Assembly: GCA_013362805.1 (NCBI GenBank)
Contig: JABFVL010000008.1
Span: 18,465 to 82,464 of the forward strand
DNA: 64,000 nucleotides
Source of the DNA: Mycobacteriales bacterium
GTDB taxonomy: Bacteria > Actinomycetota > Actinomycetes > Mycobacteriales > QHCE01
Direction of reading: 5' to 3'
In this document: in pieces, positions 1 to 10,018 of the stretch
Numbering within the stretch: the stretch's first letter is position 1
Layout: each line of letters opens with the position of its first letter
Position numbers and translations under genes: made by a program
The notes under the pieces: model-generated
Databases searched by the model: none
What the model saw: the letters and a program-made list of their open reading frames with translations, nothing else
Told to the model about the DNA's origin: nothing

Positions 1-825
1 TTGAAAAGCGAAGCAGCAGACTTTGCGGGCGGGCATGAGGGTGCCGAGGTGACCGGCCGAGGTGTTTTCGGAGTTGATTACACACACCGGCTCGAGCTGA
101 ACATAGTCGCCGGCTTTTCCTTCACCGGGGCCTAGCTCGTAATCGGCAATGGCGGCATAGCGTCGTCGAAGACGTCCGGTGGTTTTCGTGATGAATTCCA
201 GATTTTCGCGATCTGGATTTTCCCAGTCGATGCCACGGATTCTGTCGACTATTTGTTGGTATTCGGGGTAGAAGAAATGGGTCATCGTCGCGGCGTACAT
301 TCCGCCTTTTATTGTGTGCCAGAGTTTGGTCTCCGGACCGTATCCGGCGGCACTGAGCCGCGCGAGGTAGTGGTGATGCAGTTGGCGGGCGGTCTTCCAC
401 GAGCGATCGTATAGCTTTTGAAAGAGTTCTTTTTCAGCGTTCTCATCGGCTATTGCTTCCGCGGATTCCATTATTCGATGGGCTCGTTCCAATACCTCGC
501 GGCGGCTCCGATATTTATGCAGCCATTCGGTCGGTGCACTGATTTGTGGGTTCCAGTCTCGGAATAACGCAAGAGAAGTGTCGCGAATTTCTCCGTCTTT
601 GAGCGCCAGCACCGCGGGGCCTTGCCGATAATATTCATAGCTTTTCACCGGTCCTAATAGAGCTTTTAGGACTTGTCGCTTGTCCGCCAGAATGCGTCTG
701 AGCTGTTCATCTGGAGATAAGAGGCGATGCGAGTCGTCTGGATCTTTGTCCGCGACGTACTTGAATGCGAGTGCGATTAGACCGTCTACAACAGAGTCTT
801 GGACAGTTGTTCCGTCGAGGAGCAC
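1..825 (-). CDS. hypothetical protein, 5' part only (continues past left edge)
   Basis: My own reverse-strand translation gives an uninterrupted frame from GTG (825-823, preceded by an in-frame TAG) to base 1, 275 codons: VLLDGTTVQDSVVDGLIALAFKYVADKDPDD...GDYVQLEPVCVINSENTSAGHLGTLMPARKVCCFAFQ. It is not in the ORF track because there is no stop in the window. It is AT-richer than its neighbours and I recognise no motif. Confidence 0.55.
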   Translation of the reverse strand, partial: MLLDGTTVQDSVVDGLIALAFKYVADKDPDDSHRLLSPDEQLRRILADKRQVLKALLGPVKSYEYYRQGPAVLALKDGEIRDTSLALFRDWNPQISAPTEWLHKYRSRREVLERAHRIMESAEAIADENAEKELFQKLYDRSWKTARQLHHHYLARLSAAGYGPETKLWHTIKGGMYAATMTHFFYPEYQQIVDRIRGIDWENPDRENLEFITKTTGRLRRRYAAIADYELGPGEGKAGDYVQLEPVCVINSENTSAGHLGTLMPARKVCCFAFQ

Positions 826-855
826 CGCCTCAGCCTAGCATTAGGCGAGCCTTAC

Positions 856-2271
856 CTAACTAGCTCGTCGGATCTCGTCGGCGTTCTCAGCAAGTCCCCT
901 CCACAAATAGGCCGTGGCCTGCGCACCTTTCAGCAGCAAAGGCACCCTGGCCCGTTCATTCGGTGCGTGGAACCTGTCATCCGGCAGCCCAACGCCGAGG
1001 AAAATTACCGGCGCATCAAGCACATCGACCAAATCGGCCTGCGGACCAGCTCCACCTTCATAAGTGAACAAAATCTCCTGCCCAAACGCAGACTCCATCG
1101 CCTGAACCAGGGCTCGGTTAGCTGGATGATCCCCAGGTGTCATGCATGGGCGAAATGCACCGCTAGTAAACGAGACCTCGAAACGAATGCCCGAGTACAC
1201 ATAGTCCTTCACATACGCCGCGATGAGCTCTTTCACCTTCACCGGAGACATGTCTGCGACCAACCGGAAGGACAACTTGGCATGCGCTTCGGACGGAATG
1301 ATGGTTTTATCGCCCTCGCCCGTGTAGCCACCCCAGATGCCGTTACATTCCGCAGTCGGCCGCAGCCCAATCCGCTCGACAGTGGAGTAGCCCTCTTCAC
1401 CGAAGGTGGCGCCGACCTGTGCGGTATCGCGGAGCCACTCCGCCTCTTTAAACGGCAGCTTTGCCGTCTTCGCGCGCTGCGCGTCAGACAACTCGACAAC
1501 ATCATCATAAAAACCAGGGATGGCAACCCGTCCATTCTCATCATGCAAAGAATCGATGAAACGCGACAGCCCATGAATAGGGTTCGGGACTGCTCCCCCG
1601 AAGACACCCGAATGCAAATCTTCTTTCGGTCCAAAGGCGCTTACCTGGGCGGCGACCATGCCACGCATCGACAGACACACACTAGGGGTATCAGCTGCGA
1701 ACATTGTGGTGTCGCTGACGACAATCACGTCACAGGACAGCATTTCTTGGTGCTCTTCGAGAAGCTGACGAAGATGGGTTGAACCCATCTCCTCTTCGCC
1801 CTCAATCAAAAACTTGAGATTCACCGCTGGGCTCTGGCGCTGCTCCGCGTGCAGGTGCGCGGCCAAGCCCAGCAGGTGAAATGCGATCTGCCCCTTGTCA
1901 TCGATCGCGCCTCGGCCGTGCAAGACATCGCCCACAATCGTCGGCTCGAACGGCGGATGTGTCCACAAGCCCTCAGGCACCACCGGCTGGACATCGTGGT
2001 GACCGTACAGCAACACGGTGATGGCGTTTGGGTCTTCGGATGGCCAATGCGCGAACACCGCGGGGTGGCCAGGAGTTTCCAAAATCTCTACGGTGGGGAA
2101 ACCAAGTGTGGAGCAGGCATCGGCGAACCACGCGGCGCTGGCTCGCACGTCACTCTGATAGGCCGAGTCGGCGCTGATCGAGGGAATGCGCAACCATTCC
2201 CGGAGGCCTTCCATCCACCGCGCGTGATTTTCTGCGATATAGGCGTTTACTTCATCATTTTGCTGCTCCAT
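856..2271 (-). CDS. M20-family metallopeptidase (dipeptidase / DapE-ArgE-like)
   Basis: ORF 856..2370 has motifs LLYGHHDVQPV, GRGAIDDKGQ and LIEGEEEMGS typical of M20 zinc peptidases. The likely start is the internal MEQQNDEV (ATG at 2271); the 33 upstream codons are Cys/Arg-rich and look non-coding. Confidence 0.85.
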   Translation of the reverse strand: MEQQNDEVNAYIAENHARWMEGLREWLRIPSISADSAYQSDVRASAAWFADACSTLGFPTVEILETPGHPAVFAHWPSEDPNAITVLLYGHHDVQPVVPEGLWTHPPFEPTIVGDVLHGRGAIDDKGQIAFHLLGLAAHLHAEQRQSPAVNLKFLIEGEEEMGSTHLRQLLEEHQEMLSCDVIVVSDTTMFAADTPSVCLSMRGMVAAQVSAFGPKEDLHSGVFGGAVPNPIHGLSRFIDSLHDENGRVAIPGFYDDVVELSDAQRAKTAKLPFKEAEWLRDTAQVGATFGEEGYSTVERIGLRPTAECNGIWGGYTGEGDKTIIPSEAHAKLSFRLVADMSPVKVKELIAAYVKDYVYSGIRFEVSFTSGAFRPCMTPGDHPANRALVQAMESAFGQEILFTYEGGAGPQADLVDVLDAPVIFLGVGLPDDRFHAPNERARVPLLLKGAQATAYLWRGLAENADEIRRAS

Positions 2272-2358
2272 GAGGCATAACTTACTGCTTACTGGGAGCC
2301 CGCCGACAAAGCGGGCAGGCCCTGGGCTGACGCGCGGGCATCCCCTAAAGTCACACAA

Positions 2359-3012
2359 ATGCCGGGACAAAATTCAGAAGAACGCGGCGCCCAAATACGC
2401 GCCGCCATTGCCGAACTCCCCTCCCCCTCATGGCTCGCCAGCTACACCGAAGGCGCCCGATCCCTTGGGCAAGCCGTCGGCAGCGTGCTCGCCGGATCAT
2501 CACGCCCGCAACCCGCAGCCGTAGTACGCGACACCAGCGAACTCGACAAGCTCCTCACCACCGCGCAACAACAAATCATGGCCGCCATCCAACACATCGG
2601 CCAATACGCCGCCAGGGAAGGCTACGCGGGCGCGGACAGCAACGGGGCGAACTGGCACGGAGCCACCCCGGAAAGCGTCGGTGGATCGCCAGAAGCCACT
2701 CTGGCGTCAATCGCAAAATTTGTGGGCAGCGCCCAAAAAAGCCTACAACCGCAGCCACTACAGCAAGGTGCCCGACAAATCGCCAGCGGACGCTCACGCC
2801 TCAGTGGTATCGCCGGGCCAATGGCTCCCGCCGAAATCAGCAACGCCGTCGGCGCCCTCGGCCAAGCCCAAAAAGCGCTCGAAGACTCGGCCAGTCGAGT
2901 CGCCTCAATAAACCGCGAACTCGGTGACTACCTCACCGCCGCACTCGGAGCACCCGGCGCCACACCTACCGGCACTAAAGCACCAGCGGGCGCGGACAAC
3001 ACTCGCGGCTAA
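2359..3012 (+). CDS. hypothetical Ala/Gln-rich protein
   Basis: 217-aa ORF with GC-rich third positions, divergent from the peptidase gene. I recognise no motif. The overlapping alternative-frame ORFs are Arg/Pro-rich junk. Confidence 0.5.
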   Translation: MPGQNSEERGAQIRAAIAELPSPSWLASYTEGARSLGQAVGSVLAGSSRPQPAAVVRDTSELDKLLTTAQQQIMAAIQHIGQYAAREGYAGADSNGANWHGATPESVGGSPEATLASIAKFVGSAQKSLQPQPLQQGARQIASGRSRLSGIAGPMAPAEISNAVGALGQAQKALEDSASRVASINRELGDYLTAALGAPGATPTGTKAPAGADNTRG

Positions 3013-5525
3013 GGACGCTCCAACTTGTAAACCGTCGCGTCTTTGTTCTGCAACACAATGGGCGCGAACTCCGCCAACCGCGGCGAAGCGTTATTCGGCA
3101 AGTCGCGGTTGAACGCGGGTCGGGTGTCCGCCACCAGATAGCGCACTCCGGCGTCATACAGCTTCCGCAAGCCCTCGGGCGTGGGGTTGCTGAACGCTTC
3201 ATCGTTGAGCTTGGTCCGCTCCGGGAACGGCGTTCCCATCGCGAAGTGCGACTTATCCATGTGTTCAAGCGCCATCGCTAGCGACTCATCGGTATAGGTC
3301 CACGTTTCCAAATACACCCGGCGCTCACTCAAACCGGAATAGTAGAAGACCCGAGTGTCTGTGCACACCTCGTCGCGCGCGTATTCAACCCCGTTCCAGC
3401 GCTGTATCTGACGCGAGACAAGTCGAGTGACCAAACAATGGTTGTTTACCGCGATGATCGTGTCTTGCGGTGTGTTGTCGCGCACCCAACGCAGTGCTTG
3501 CCGAAGTCCCGGGCTGGTGTCTTCCCGGCTCCGGGATGCGGCGTCATCACGTGCGATGATGCCGTCTTTGAACCAGGCGCGCGCGAACTGGACATTCGCC
3601 ATTGCTCCATCGGGCAGACATGCGACCACTAGAGCGATGATCGCCACTCCAGGAAGCACAGCCCGGCTGTTCTTCCAATATTTGCGGGCGAGCAGGTACG
3701 CGCCGATCGCGAAGGCGATGAAAAGTGCGTACCGCAACAGCACCCTGCCCTTTTGGGCGATCAACAGGTCTGGGTGGCTAGCCATCGCTGAGGCGACAAT
3801 GCCCAATGCGATTACTACTCCGGCGCCGATAGCGATTTTGAGCGCATTGCGCTTGGTAGCCACCTGGTCGATTATTCGGGCCAGACCCCAGCCGCCCAAG
3901 ATCGAAAGCGCCGGGAACGTCTGCACGAAGAACCAGTGCTGCGAGTTGTCGGGGTCGCGGAACATCGACAACGCGGCATAGCCCGATATGACCACGCCAA
4001 GCAGTAGCACCATGATCTCGCGGTGCCGCTTCACTCGGCGCAGTGATAGGGCACCGGCGTAGGGCGCGAGCATGACGAATAGCGCCAAGGGCACCGCGAC
4101 AACGGCGGCGGCCCAACCGAGGCCGGGATAGTTGTTGCCTGGGTCAGTCAGCCAGTCAACATTTTGAGCGATGGCCGCCATTTCCAAGCCGATGTGCGGA
4201 TCCACCAAGATTCGTTTGGTATCTGAGCCACCGTAGAGCAGCACTTGAGCGAGCCCAGCGGCCACTACCCCTATAACGCCGGCGGTGATCAAACCCGGAT
4301 CGATGCGTTTGAGGAAAGGTTGCGCCCGTCGGGACCACAGTTGGTACACGGCGGCGATGCAGATTCCTCCGACGATCACCGGGACGATGGTGGCTTTGGA
4401 CCCCACCGCACCGGCGCACAATATGGCAAATATCGCCCAACCCATCCACCAGCTCAGTCCCCGTTTTTCACTGGTGAGCTGGGCGACCAGTATCGCGAGC
4501 ATGGCGCTGAGCAGAACAACGCTGAACAGGAATGAGGGGCTGTAGCCGACATAGCGGCTCCAGCTGGTGAACGCCACTGGATATGGGTCGGCGGTCAGGT
4601 CAAGTTCACCGGCCACGGTGCCCAGCAATGTGGCCAGCACCGGCGCCCAAACCCGTTTGGTGAGCTGGGCGGTGGTGGCGGCGATGAGCGCGGGCACAAC
4701 GATCAGCATCGGCACGAGGAACAGGCGGCCAAGCACCCAGGTCAGGTCAATGCCGGTGATCTGGTGTGTGCTGGCGAAGTGCCCGTAGAGGAACCAGTGG
4801 TACTGCATGGGCAGTTCAGACACTGACGGATTCTCGGGTGGAACTTCACGCAAGGCATCGGCGGCCCACCCTAGGTGGTTCCACATGTCCACTGACCAGG
4901 ACGCATTGCCCTTGAGCGGCATGGGCACGGTGAGCCAGAACCGCCACATGGCAACCGAGGCCACTGTGGCGATGGCGGCACTGAGCGCCCAGGGGCGCCA
5001 GATCATCGCTTTGCGCGAAAGATAACGGCTCGGGCCGTGGCTGAAGTCGCCGGCGCGGGCTCGGTGGATGAGGGGCCAAGCGCACAACACCAACACGACA
5101 AGTGGGTAATAGCGGAGCAATTCCCGTTGGTCCATGGACGCCGTGAGCACCCAAAAGCCGAGCTCAAGAATATAGCCACAAGCGGCACCGACTGATGCGA
5201 TGAACAGTATTCCTCGACGAGGAACGATGCTGGCCACTAAGGCTATTCCGGGCAAAGCCACGAGCCCGATCCAGTACGCGGCGAACTTCGCGATGATGAC
5301 GGGCGGCGTGTTGGCGATCGCCAGGGCACCCGCGAAAAACGCGAACATGACGAGCACTGGTGGGATGACCGTCAGGGCGATAAAGCGCGCGCTGTACGGG
5401 TTCTTGCGGGATTCGTCCGGTTTTTGGGCAGGTCTCGCTGACTCAGAATCGGGCGTATCGGAGGCAAGCGTCGCTGAGGCCGGCATACAGCGCATGGTAT
5501 TTGCAACGCGCACCACAATCACCAT
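3009..5525 (-). CDS. large polytopic membrane protein, possible GT-C-type glycosyltransferase
   Basis: 838 aa with many hydrophobic segments over about the first 650 aa, then a soluble C-terminal domain of about 180 aa. The architecture resembles lipid-linked-sugar transferases. The function call rests on architecture only. Confidence 0.6.
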   Translation of the reverse strand: MVIVVRVANTMRCMPASATLASDTPDSESARPAQKPDESRKNPYSARFIALTVIPPVLVMFAFFAGALAIANTPPVIIAKFAAYWIGLVALPGIALVASIVPRRGILFIASVGAACGYILELGFWVLTASMDQRELLRYYPLVVLVLCAWPLIHRARAGDFSHGPSRYLSRKAMIWRPWALSAAIATVASVAMWRFWLTVPMPLKGNASWSVDMWNHLGWAADALREVPPENPSVSELPMQYHWFLYGHFASTHQITGIDLTWVLGRLFLVPMLIVVPALIAATTAQLTKRVWAPVLATLLGTVAGELDLTADPYPVAFTSWSRYVGYSPSFLFSVVLLSAMLAILVAQLTSEKRGLSWWMGWAIFAILCAGAVGSKATIVPVIVGGICIAAVYQLWSRRAQPFLKRIDPGLITAGVIGVVAAGLAQVLLYGGSDTKRILVDPHIGLEMAAIAQNVDWLTDPGNNYPGLGWAAAVVAVPLALFVMLAPYAGALSLRRVKRHREIMVLLLGVVISGYAALSMFRDPDNSQHWFFVQTFPALSILGGWGLARIIDQVATKRNALKIAIGAGVVIALGIVASAMASHPDLLIAQKGRVLLRYALFIAFAIGAYLLARKYWKNSRAVLPGVAIIALVVACLPDGAMANVQFARAWFKDGIIARDDAASRSREDTSPGLRQALRWVRDNTPQDTIIAVNNHCLVTRLVSRQIQRWNGVEYARDEVCTDTRVFYYSGLSERRVYLETWTYTDESLAMALEHMDKSHFAMGTPFPERTKLNDEAFSNPTPEGLRKLYDAGVRYLVADTRPAFNRDLPNNASPRLAEFAPIVLQNKDATVYKLERP

Positions 5526-5537
5526 GCGGGGGTCGTG

Positions 5538-8500
5538 TCACGGCAACAATGCGGCTAGTTGCTCAGAGTTAAGCAAATCTACGGGGCGGATCGTGCGTCC
5601 GTCGGCGACGTAGTGGAACGCCGCCCGCACCCGCGAAATTGGGGTGTTAGTCAGCTCTGCCCAAGCCAGCCGATAGGCAGCGAGCTGCACAGACTGTGAA
5701 CCCAATTGCGTTGGAGCACGTCCGGTTTTCCAGTCGACCACGTCCCACCCGGGGGCGCCGTCCACGGTGGCCCGGAAAACCGCATCCATTCGTCCCCGCA
5801 CCACCACTCCGTTAATAACAGTGGCGAAGGCCACTTCTACCTGATGTGGGGTCTTGTCAGCCCATTCCGATTCCAAGAACTTCGCTTGGAGTTCGGCGAG
5901 TTCTTGATCGTCGGCGGCATCAGAGTCACCCGCGCCGGGAAGTTCCCCAAAATCCAGGAGTTGTGTGGGGCTGAAACGACGTTCCAACCAACCGTGAAAC
6001 GCCGTTCCTCGACGCGCGTAGGGAGCGGGCCGCCGGGGCATGGGCCGACGCACCTGTTGGGCGAGCAGTTCCGGGTCTTGATGCAGAGCCACGAGGTTCG
6101 ACACGGTGAGGTGGGTGGGTAGTGGTACTTCAGTGGCCGTGTTCGGGCTGCGGCTGGCCCGTTCGGCGAGCAACAACCGGGCTTCGTGGCCCCAGCGTCG
6201 TTCTTGCTCGTCTGGATCGCCCTCGTTGGGGGTGTTCACCAAGGCGGCCGCGAGTTCCAACGGTTCTCGTCGCTCCCCCAAAGGGTCGTGTGGCCACAAC
6301 ACAGTGCGCGCATTAGTGAGCAGCGGGTTCTTCAGGTCTTCGTCGGGCTCGGGCGCCCACACGTGCGCTTGTTTATCGCAGTGCTCATATATTTCGGTGA
6401 GCAATGTCGATGGGCCGCGCCGGGTGGTGGCGCTGGCGCTCCACCAGTAGCCGGAACACAGGAGCACTCGCCGGGCCCGAGTGAGCGCGACATAAGCCAG
6501 TCGGCGTTCTTCGGCGAGTTCGTAATCCGCCCAGCGTCCTTCAAAGGCTTTGAGTTCTTTGCCTAGGCCGGGTTGATCTTCGATGGCGGTGAGGTTCAGA
6601 TCAGGTAGGTCGGCGTGGTCTCCGCGCAACGCGGCGGGCAGGGCCCCGAGGTTGTGCGTCCATCGGGCCGATTCTTGTTTTTTCGCCGGGAACACTCCCG
6701 ATGTCAAACCGGGAACGGCGACGATGTCCCACTCCAGTCCTTTGGAGCCGTGCACGGTAAGTAGCTGTACCGCGCCTTCGGTCACCTCGACTTGCCCGGC
6801 TTGTAGTCCACGTTCGGTGCGTTCAGCCGCTGCCAAATATGCGAGCAGCGCGGACAGTGTTGGATGTTCCGCCGCATTGTCGAAGTCGGCTACTACCTGC
6901 GCGAACGCATCGAGGTGCGCTCGAGCGGCAGCTGGTTCTCGTGGACGGCGCACCACTACTTCTATGTCGAGCCCGAGCACTCGTTCGGTCTCGGCGACAA
7001 GTTCGGGCAGCGGCTGCCCGGTTCGTCCGCGCAGGTAGCGAAGCTGGTCCGCCAACGCCCGCAGGCGGCGATACGCGGCCGGTGAATAGTCCGATGCGGG
7101 GCCTAGGTCGGCGAGTGCTTCGATGATGCTCGCTTCGCCGGAGTGTTCTTCGCCTACTAGTTCCAAAGAGCGTTTCTTAAGTGCGAGCAAATCGCGGGGG
7201 CCAATGCGCCATCTGGCACCTGTGAGCAGCCGCAGCAGATCCGCACCGGCGGTGGGATTACTGATAACGCGAAGGGTGGCGACAAGGTCGGTGATTTCTG
7301 CGGTGCTGAGTAGTCCAGCAACACCCACTATTTCTACGGGGAGTCCCCTGGCTCTAAGCGCTTCGGCGAGCGGTTCGAATTGTTGACGGTTACGAACGAG
7401 CACGGCAGTAGTCGGCGGTTCACTACTTTTTTCCCATTGGGTGGCGATGTTGTCGGCGATCCAGTGCGCTTCGTCGATCACGGTGTTGTGTAGGCCGCAC
7501 AGCAGTTCACCGCTTCCGGCGCCTGGCCGTGGCTCTAGTGGTGGCACCGTTACTCGTTCGTCAGCGCGCAGCGGCTCGGACAGCGTGTTTGCGGCTGCCA
7601 AAATTTGCGGTTCGTTGCGCCAGCTGATCGTCAATGGGTAAACGCGGGCGTTCTTGTTGTTGCGCTGTGGAAAGTCGGTGGGAAACCGCATGAGGTTGCC
7701 GGCGCTGGCGCCACGCCAGCCATAGATGGACTGGCAGGGGTCGCCGACAGCCATGACGGGATGCCCGCCGCCGAATAGTTCTTGCAGCAAAACTAGTTGC
7801 GCAAAACTGGTGTCTTGGTATTCATCGAGCAGCACGACTCGATATCGGGCCCGCTCGGTGGCTCCGATCTGTGTATGCGCTTGGGCGAGAGCCGCGGCCC
7901 GGGCTAGCTGGTCGCCGAAGTCCATGGCCTCGATGGCTTGTTTGCGCTGGTTGAACGCTTCGACCAGGGGCAACAATGAGAGTTTCGCTTTTTGGCGGGC
8001 GAGCAAGGTGCGAACAGCGGCTGGTGTTTTGCCGGGCAGGGCGGCGATGTCGGCGCAGAACCGTTCTAGGTATGCGGCCAAGTCCGCGGTGCTTTGCAAG
8101 TGTTCGGCGAGTTCACCGGCCAGGCCGCGCACTTTGTCGGTGACCGTGTCAGGGGCGGCGTCTACCGCGCTCATATCGCCGTCGTAGTGGTTGACGAGCA
8201 CGTCGGCGAATTGCCAGCACATCGCGTCGCCGAGCAGTTGGGCGGTGGGTTCGAAGCCGCCGCGCAGTGCGTGTTCGGACACGATCCGACCGGCGTAGGC
8301 GTGATATGTCGAGACCGTGGGTTCGCCGATGTCTTCACATAGTCCGTGGTGTCGAAGCTGGGCGAGTCTGGTCCGGATTCGGGCGGAAAGCTCACCGGCG
8401 GCTTTGCGGGTGAAGGTGAGGCCGAGGATGTGTTGGGCGGGCACCAGGCCATTGGCGACGAGGGCGACCACCCGGGCGGCCATCGTTTCGGTTTTCCCGC

Positions 8501-8624
8501 TCCCAGCGCCGGCGATAACTAGTGCGGGCGCAAGTGGGCTGGCGATAATCGCGGCTTGTTGTGGGGTGGGTGCGGGCCGCCGGAGGGTGTTCGCGATTTG
8601 TTCGGGGCTCAGGCGGAATTGCAT
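5538..8624 (-). CDS. adnB: ATP-dependent helicase-nuclease subunit AdnB-like (UvrD-type motor plus C-terminal RecB-type nuclease)
   Basis: 1028 aa. The N-terminus has PAPTPQQAAIIASPLAPALVIAGAGSGKTETMAARV (Walker A) and DEYQDT. The C-terminus has GRMDAVF...VVDWKTG...QLAAYRLAW, a PD-(D/E)XK nuclease signature. Confidence 0.85.
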   Translation of the reverse strand: MQFRLSPEQIANTLRRPAPTPQQAAIIASPLAPALVIAGAGSGKTETMAARVVALVANGLVPAQHILGLTFTRKAAGELSARIRTRLAQLRHHGLCEDIGEPTVSTYHAYAGRIVSEHALRGGFEPTAQLLGDAMCWQFADVLVNHYDGDMSAVDAAPDTVTDKVRGLAGELAEHLQSTADLAAYLERFCADIAALPGKTPAAVRTLLARQKAKLSLLPLVEAFNQRKQAIEAMDFGDQLARAAALAQAHTQIGATERARYRVVLLDEYQDTSFAQLVLLQELFGGGHPVMAVGDPCQSIYGWRGASAGNLMRFPTDFPQRNNKNARVYPLTISWRNEPQILAAANTLSEPLRADERVTVPPLEPRPGAGSGELLCGLHNTVIDEAHWIADNIATQWEKSSEPPTTAVLVRNRQQFEPLAEALRARGLPVEIVGVAGLLSTAEITDLVATLRVISNPTAGADLLRLLTGARWRIGPRDLLALKKRSLELVGEEHSGEASIIEALADLGPASDYSPAAYRRLRALADQLRYLRGRTGQPLPELVAETERVLGLDIEVVVRRPREPAAARAHLDAFAQVVADFDNAAEHPTLSALLAYLAAAERTERGLQAGQVEVTEGAVQLLTVHGSKGLEWDIVAVPGLTSGVFPAKKQESARWTHNLGALPAALRGDHADLPDLNLTAIEDQPGLGKELKAFEGRWADYELAEERRLAYVALTRARRVLLCSGYWWSASATTRRGPSTLLTEIYEHCDKQAHVWAPEPDEDLKNPLLTNARTVLWPHDPLGERREPLELAAALVNTPNEGDPDEQERRWGHEARLLLAERASRSPNTATEVPLPTHLTVSNLVALHQDPELLAQQVRRPMPRRPAPYARRGTAFHGWLERRFSPTQLLDFGELPGAGDSDAADDQELAELQAKFLESEWADKTPHQVEVAFATVINGVVVRGRMDAVFRATVDGAPGWDVVDWKTGRAPTQLGSQSVQLAAYRLAWAELTNTPISRVRAAFHYVADGRTIRPVDLLNSEQLAALLP

Positions 8625-8643
8625 AGGCGCGATTGTGCCTTGT

Positions 8644-8937
8644 CTATCCGACGCTTTGTCGTTCCGTATTCCGTGTTGCGAGTTCTCGCATAATGTCGTC
8701 AGGTGTTATGCCATGGGCGGAGAGCAACACGGTGAGGTGAAATAGCAAGTCGGCTGTTTCGCTAATGAGTGGTTGTGCTTCACCGTTTTTGGCGGCGATA
8801 ACAACTTCTATGGCTTCTTCGCCAACTTTTTGGGTGATGCGGTCGTGTCCTTGCGCGAATAGGGATGCCACATAGGAGTTATCGGGCGTGGAATTTTTGC
8901 GTTGTTCGATGATGTCGAAAAGCTCGTTGAGGGTCAC
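8644..8937 (-). CDS. hisE: phosphoribosyl-ATP pyrophosphatase HisE
   Basis: The sequence (V)TLNELFDIIEQRKNSTPDNSYVASLFAQGHDRITQKVGEEAIEVVIAAKN is a typical HisE. The start is GTG at 8937, overlapping the hisI stop as GTGA. The longer track ORF (to 9129) is an out-of-frame extension over hisI. Confidence 0.85.
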   Translation of the reverse strand: MTLNELFDIIEQRKNSTPDNSYVASLFAQGHDRITQKVGEEAIEVVIAAKNGEAQPLISETADLLFHLTVLLSAHGITPDDIMRELATRNTERQSVG

Positions 8938-9254
8938 AGGTCTTCTCCTGGAGTAAAGAAACAGCTGTAGTTTCCGGTGTGACACACACCGGTTCCAACC
9001 ACGTCGACGCGAAACAGGAGCGTGTCGCGATCGCAGTCCACGAACATGGAACGCACTTTGAGTTGGTTGCCGGATGTTTCTCCTTTTTTCCACAGCCGCT
9101 CTTTGCTGCGGCTGTAGAAATGCATCCACCCGGTGTCTTGGGTTTGTGTGAGCGCTTCGGCATTCATATAGCCGAGCATCAACACCTCACCGCTGTCATG
9201 TTCTTGCACAATCGCGGGAACTAGTCCACCGCCTTTGGCGAAATCAATATTCAT
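8934..9254 (-). CDS. hisI: phosphoribosyl-AMP cyclohydrolase HisI
   Basis: 106 aa with GLVPAIVQEHDSGEVLMLGYMNAEAL...WKKGETSGNQL...DCDRDTLL...CHTG. The start overlaps the hisF stop as ATGA. Confidence 0.9.
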   Translation of the reverse strand: MNIDFAKGGGLVPAIVQEHDSGEVLMLGYMNAEALTQTQDTGWMHFYSRSKERLWKKGETSGNQLKVRSMFVDCDRDTLLFRVDVVGTGVCHTGNYSCFFTPGEDL

Positions 9255-10018
9255 CGTCGCACCGCGATTTTCTCCGCCGCCAGTTTTTCTTTTACTTGCG
9301 CGACGGTGAGCTCGCCGAAGTGAAATACGGATGCGGCTAGTGCCGCGTCGGCGGCATCACGGTGGAATAGATCCACGAAATCTTGAACGCTTCCGGCGCC
9401 GCCAGAAGCAACCAGCGGAATGGTGAGTTGTTGGTTAGCTGACCGCAGAAATTCGATGTCATAGCCAGCCTTCGTACCGTCAGCGTCCATGACATTCGCG
9501 GTGATTTCGCCAGCCCCGCGGTCTTGCGCTTCGCTGATCCATTGGAGCGCATCTCGCCCGGCCGCTTTTCGTGTCTCGTCCCGACCGGTGTGCGTGTATA
9601 CAACATGTCCGCCGTTTTCAGCGCGCACGTCAACTCCCACCACGATGCACTGTGAACCAAAGATTTCAGCGCTTTGGTTGATCAAATCTGGATTGGCGAG
9701 GGCCGCTGAGTTGAGTGAAACTTTGTCGGCTCCGGCCAGTAGCACGGCACGAATATCCTCGATGGTCCGAATTCCACCGCCCACGGTGAAGGGAATGAAT
9801 ATTTCGGCGGCGATGTGCCGCACCAGATCAAGCATGATGCCACGATTGTCGGCACTGGCGGTGATGTCGTAAAAGACGAGTTCGTCAACACCGTCTCTCG
9901 CATATTTTTTGGCGAGCTCTACCGCGTCGCCAGCATCGCGGTGTTGCGTGAATTTCACGCCTTTGACAACGCGGCCCTCACTGATGTCCAGGCAGGCGAT
10001 GATTCTTTTAGCCAACAT
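9251..10018 (-). CDS. hisF: imidazole glycerol phosphate synthase cyclase subunit HisF
   Basis: MLAKRIIACLDISEGRVVKGVKF...GADKVSLNSAA...ASGGAG is a classic HisF. The start is set at the internal ATG (10018); the track ORF is extended upstream into hisA. Confidence 0.9.
   Translation of the reverse strand: MLAKRIIACLDISEGRVVKGVKFTQHRDAGDAVELAKKYARDGVDELVFYDITASADNRGIMLDLVRHIAAEIFIPFTVGGGIRTIEDIRAVLLAGADKVSLNSAALANPDLINQSAEIFGSQCIVVGVDVRAENGGHVVYTHTGRDETRKAAGRDALQWISEAQDRGAGEITANVMDADGTKAGYDIEFLRSANQQLTIPLVASGGAGSVQDFVDLFHRDAADAALAASVFHFGELTVAQVKEKLAAEKIAVRR

Noticed and set aside
799-1782. 327-aa plus-strand ORF
   Set aside because: It is entirely antisense to the well-supported M20 peptidase gene. 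The product is Arg/His/Cys-rich with no motifs, a typical high-GC shadow ORF.
8644-9254. Possible frameshifted bifunctional hisIE gene
   Set aside because: The two reading frames meet at a GTGA start/stop overlap (8934-8937). HisE begins with a normal (V)TLNELFDIIEQRK N-terminus. Two coupled genes explain the sequence without invoking a frameshift.
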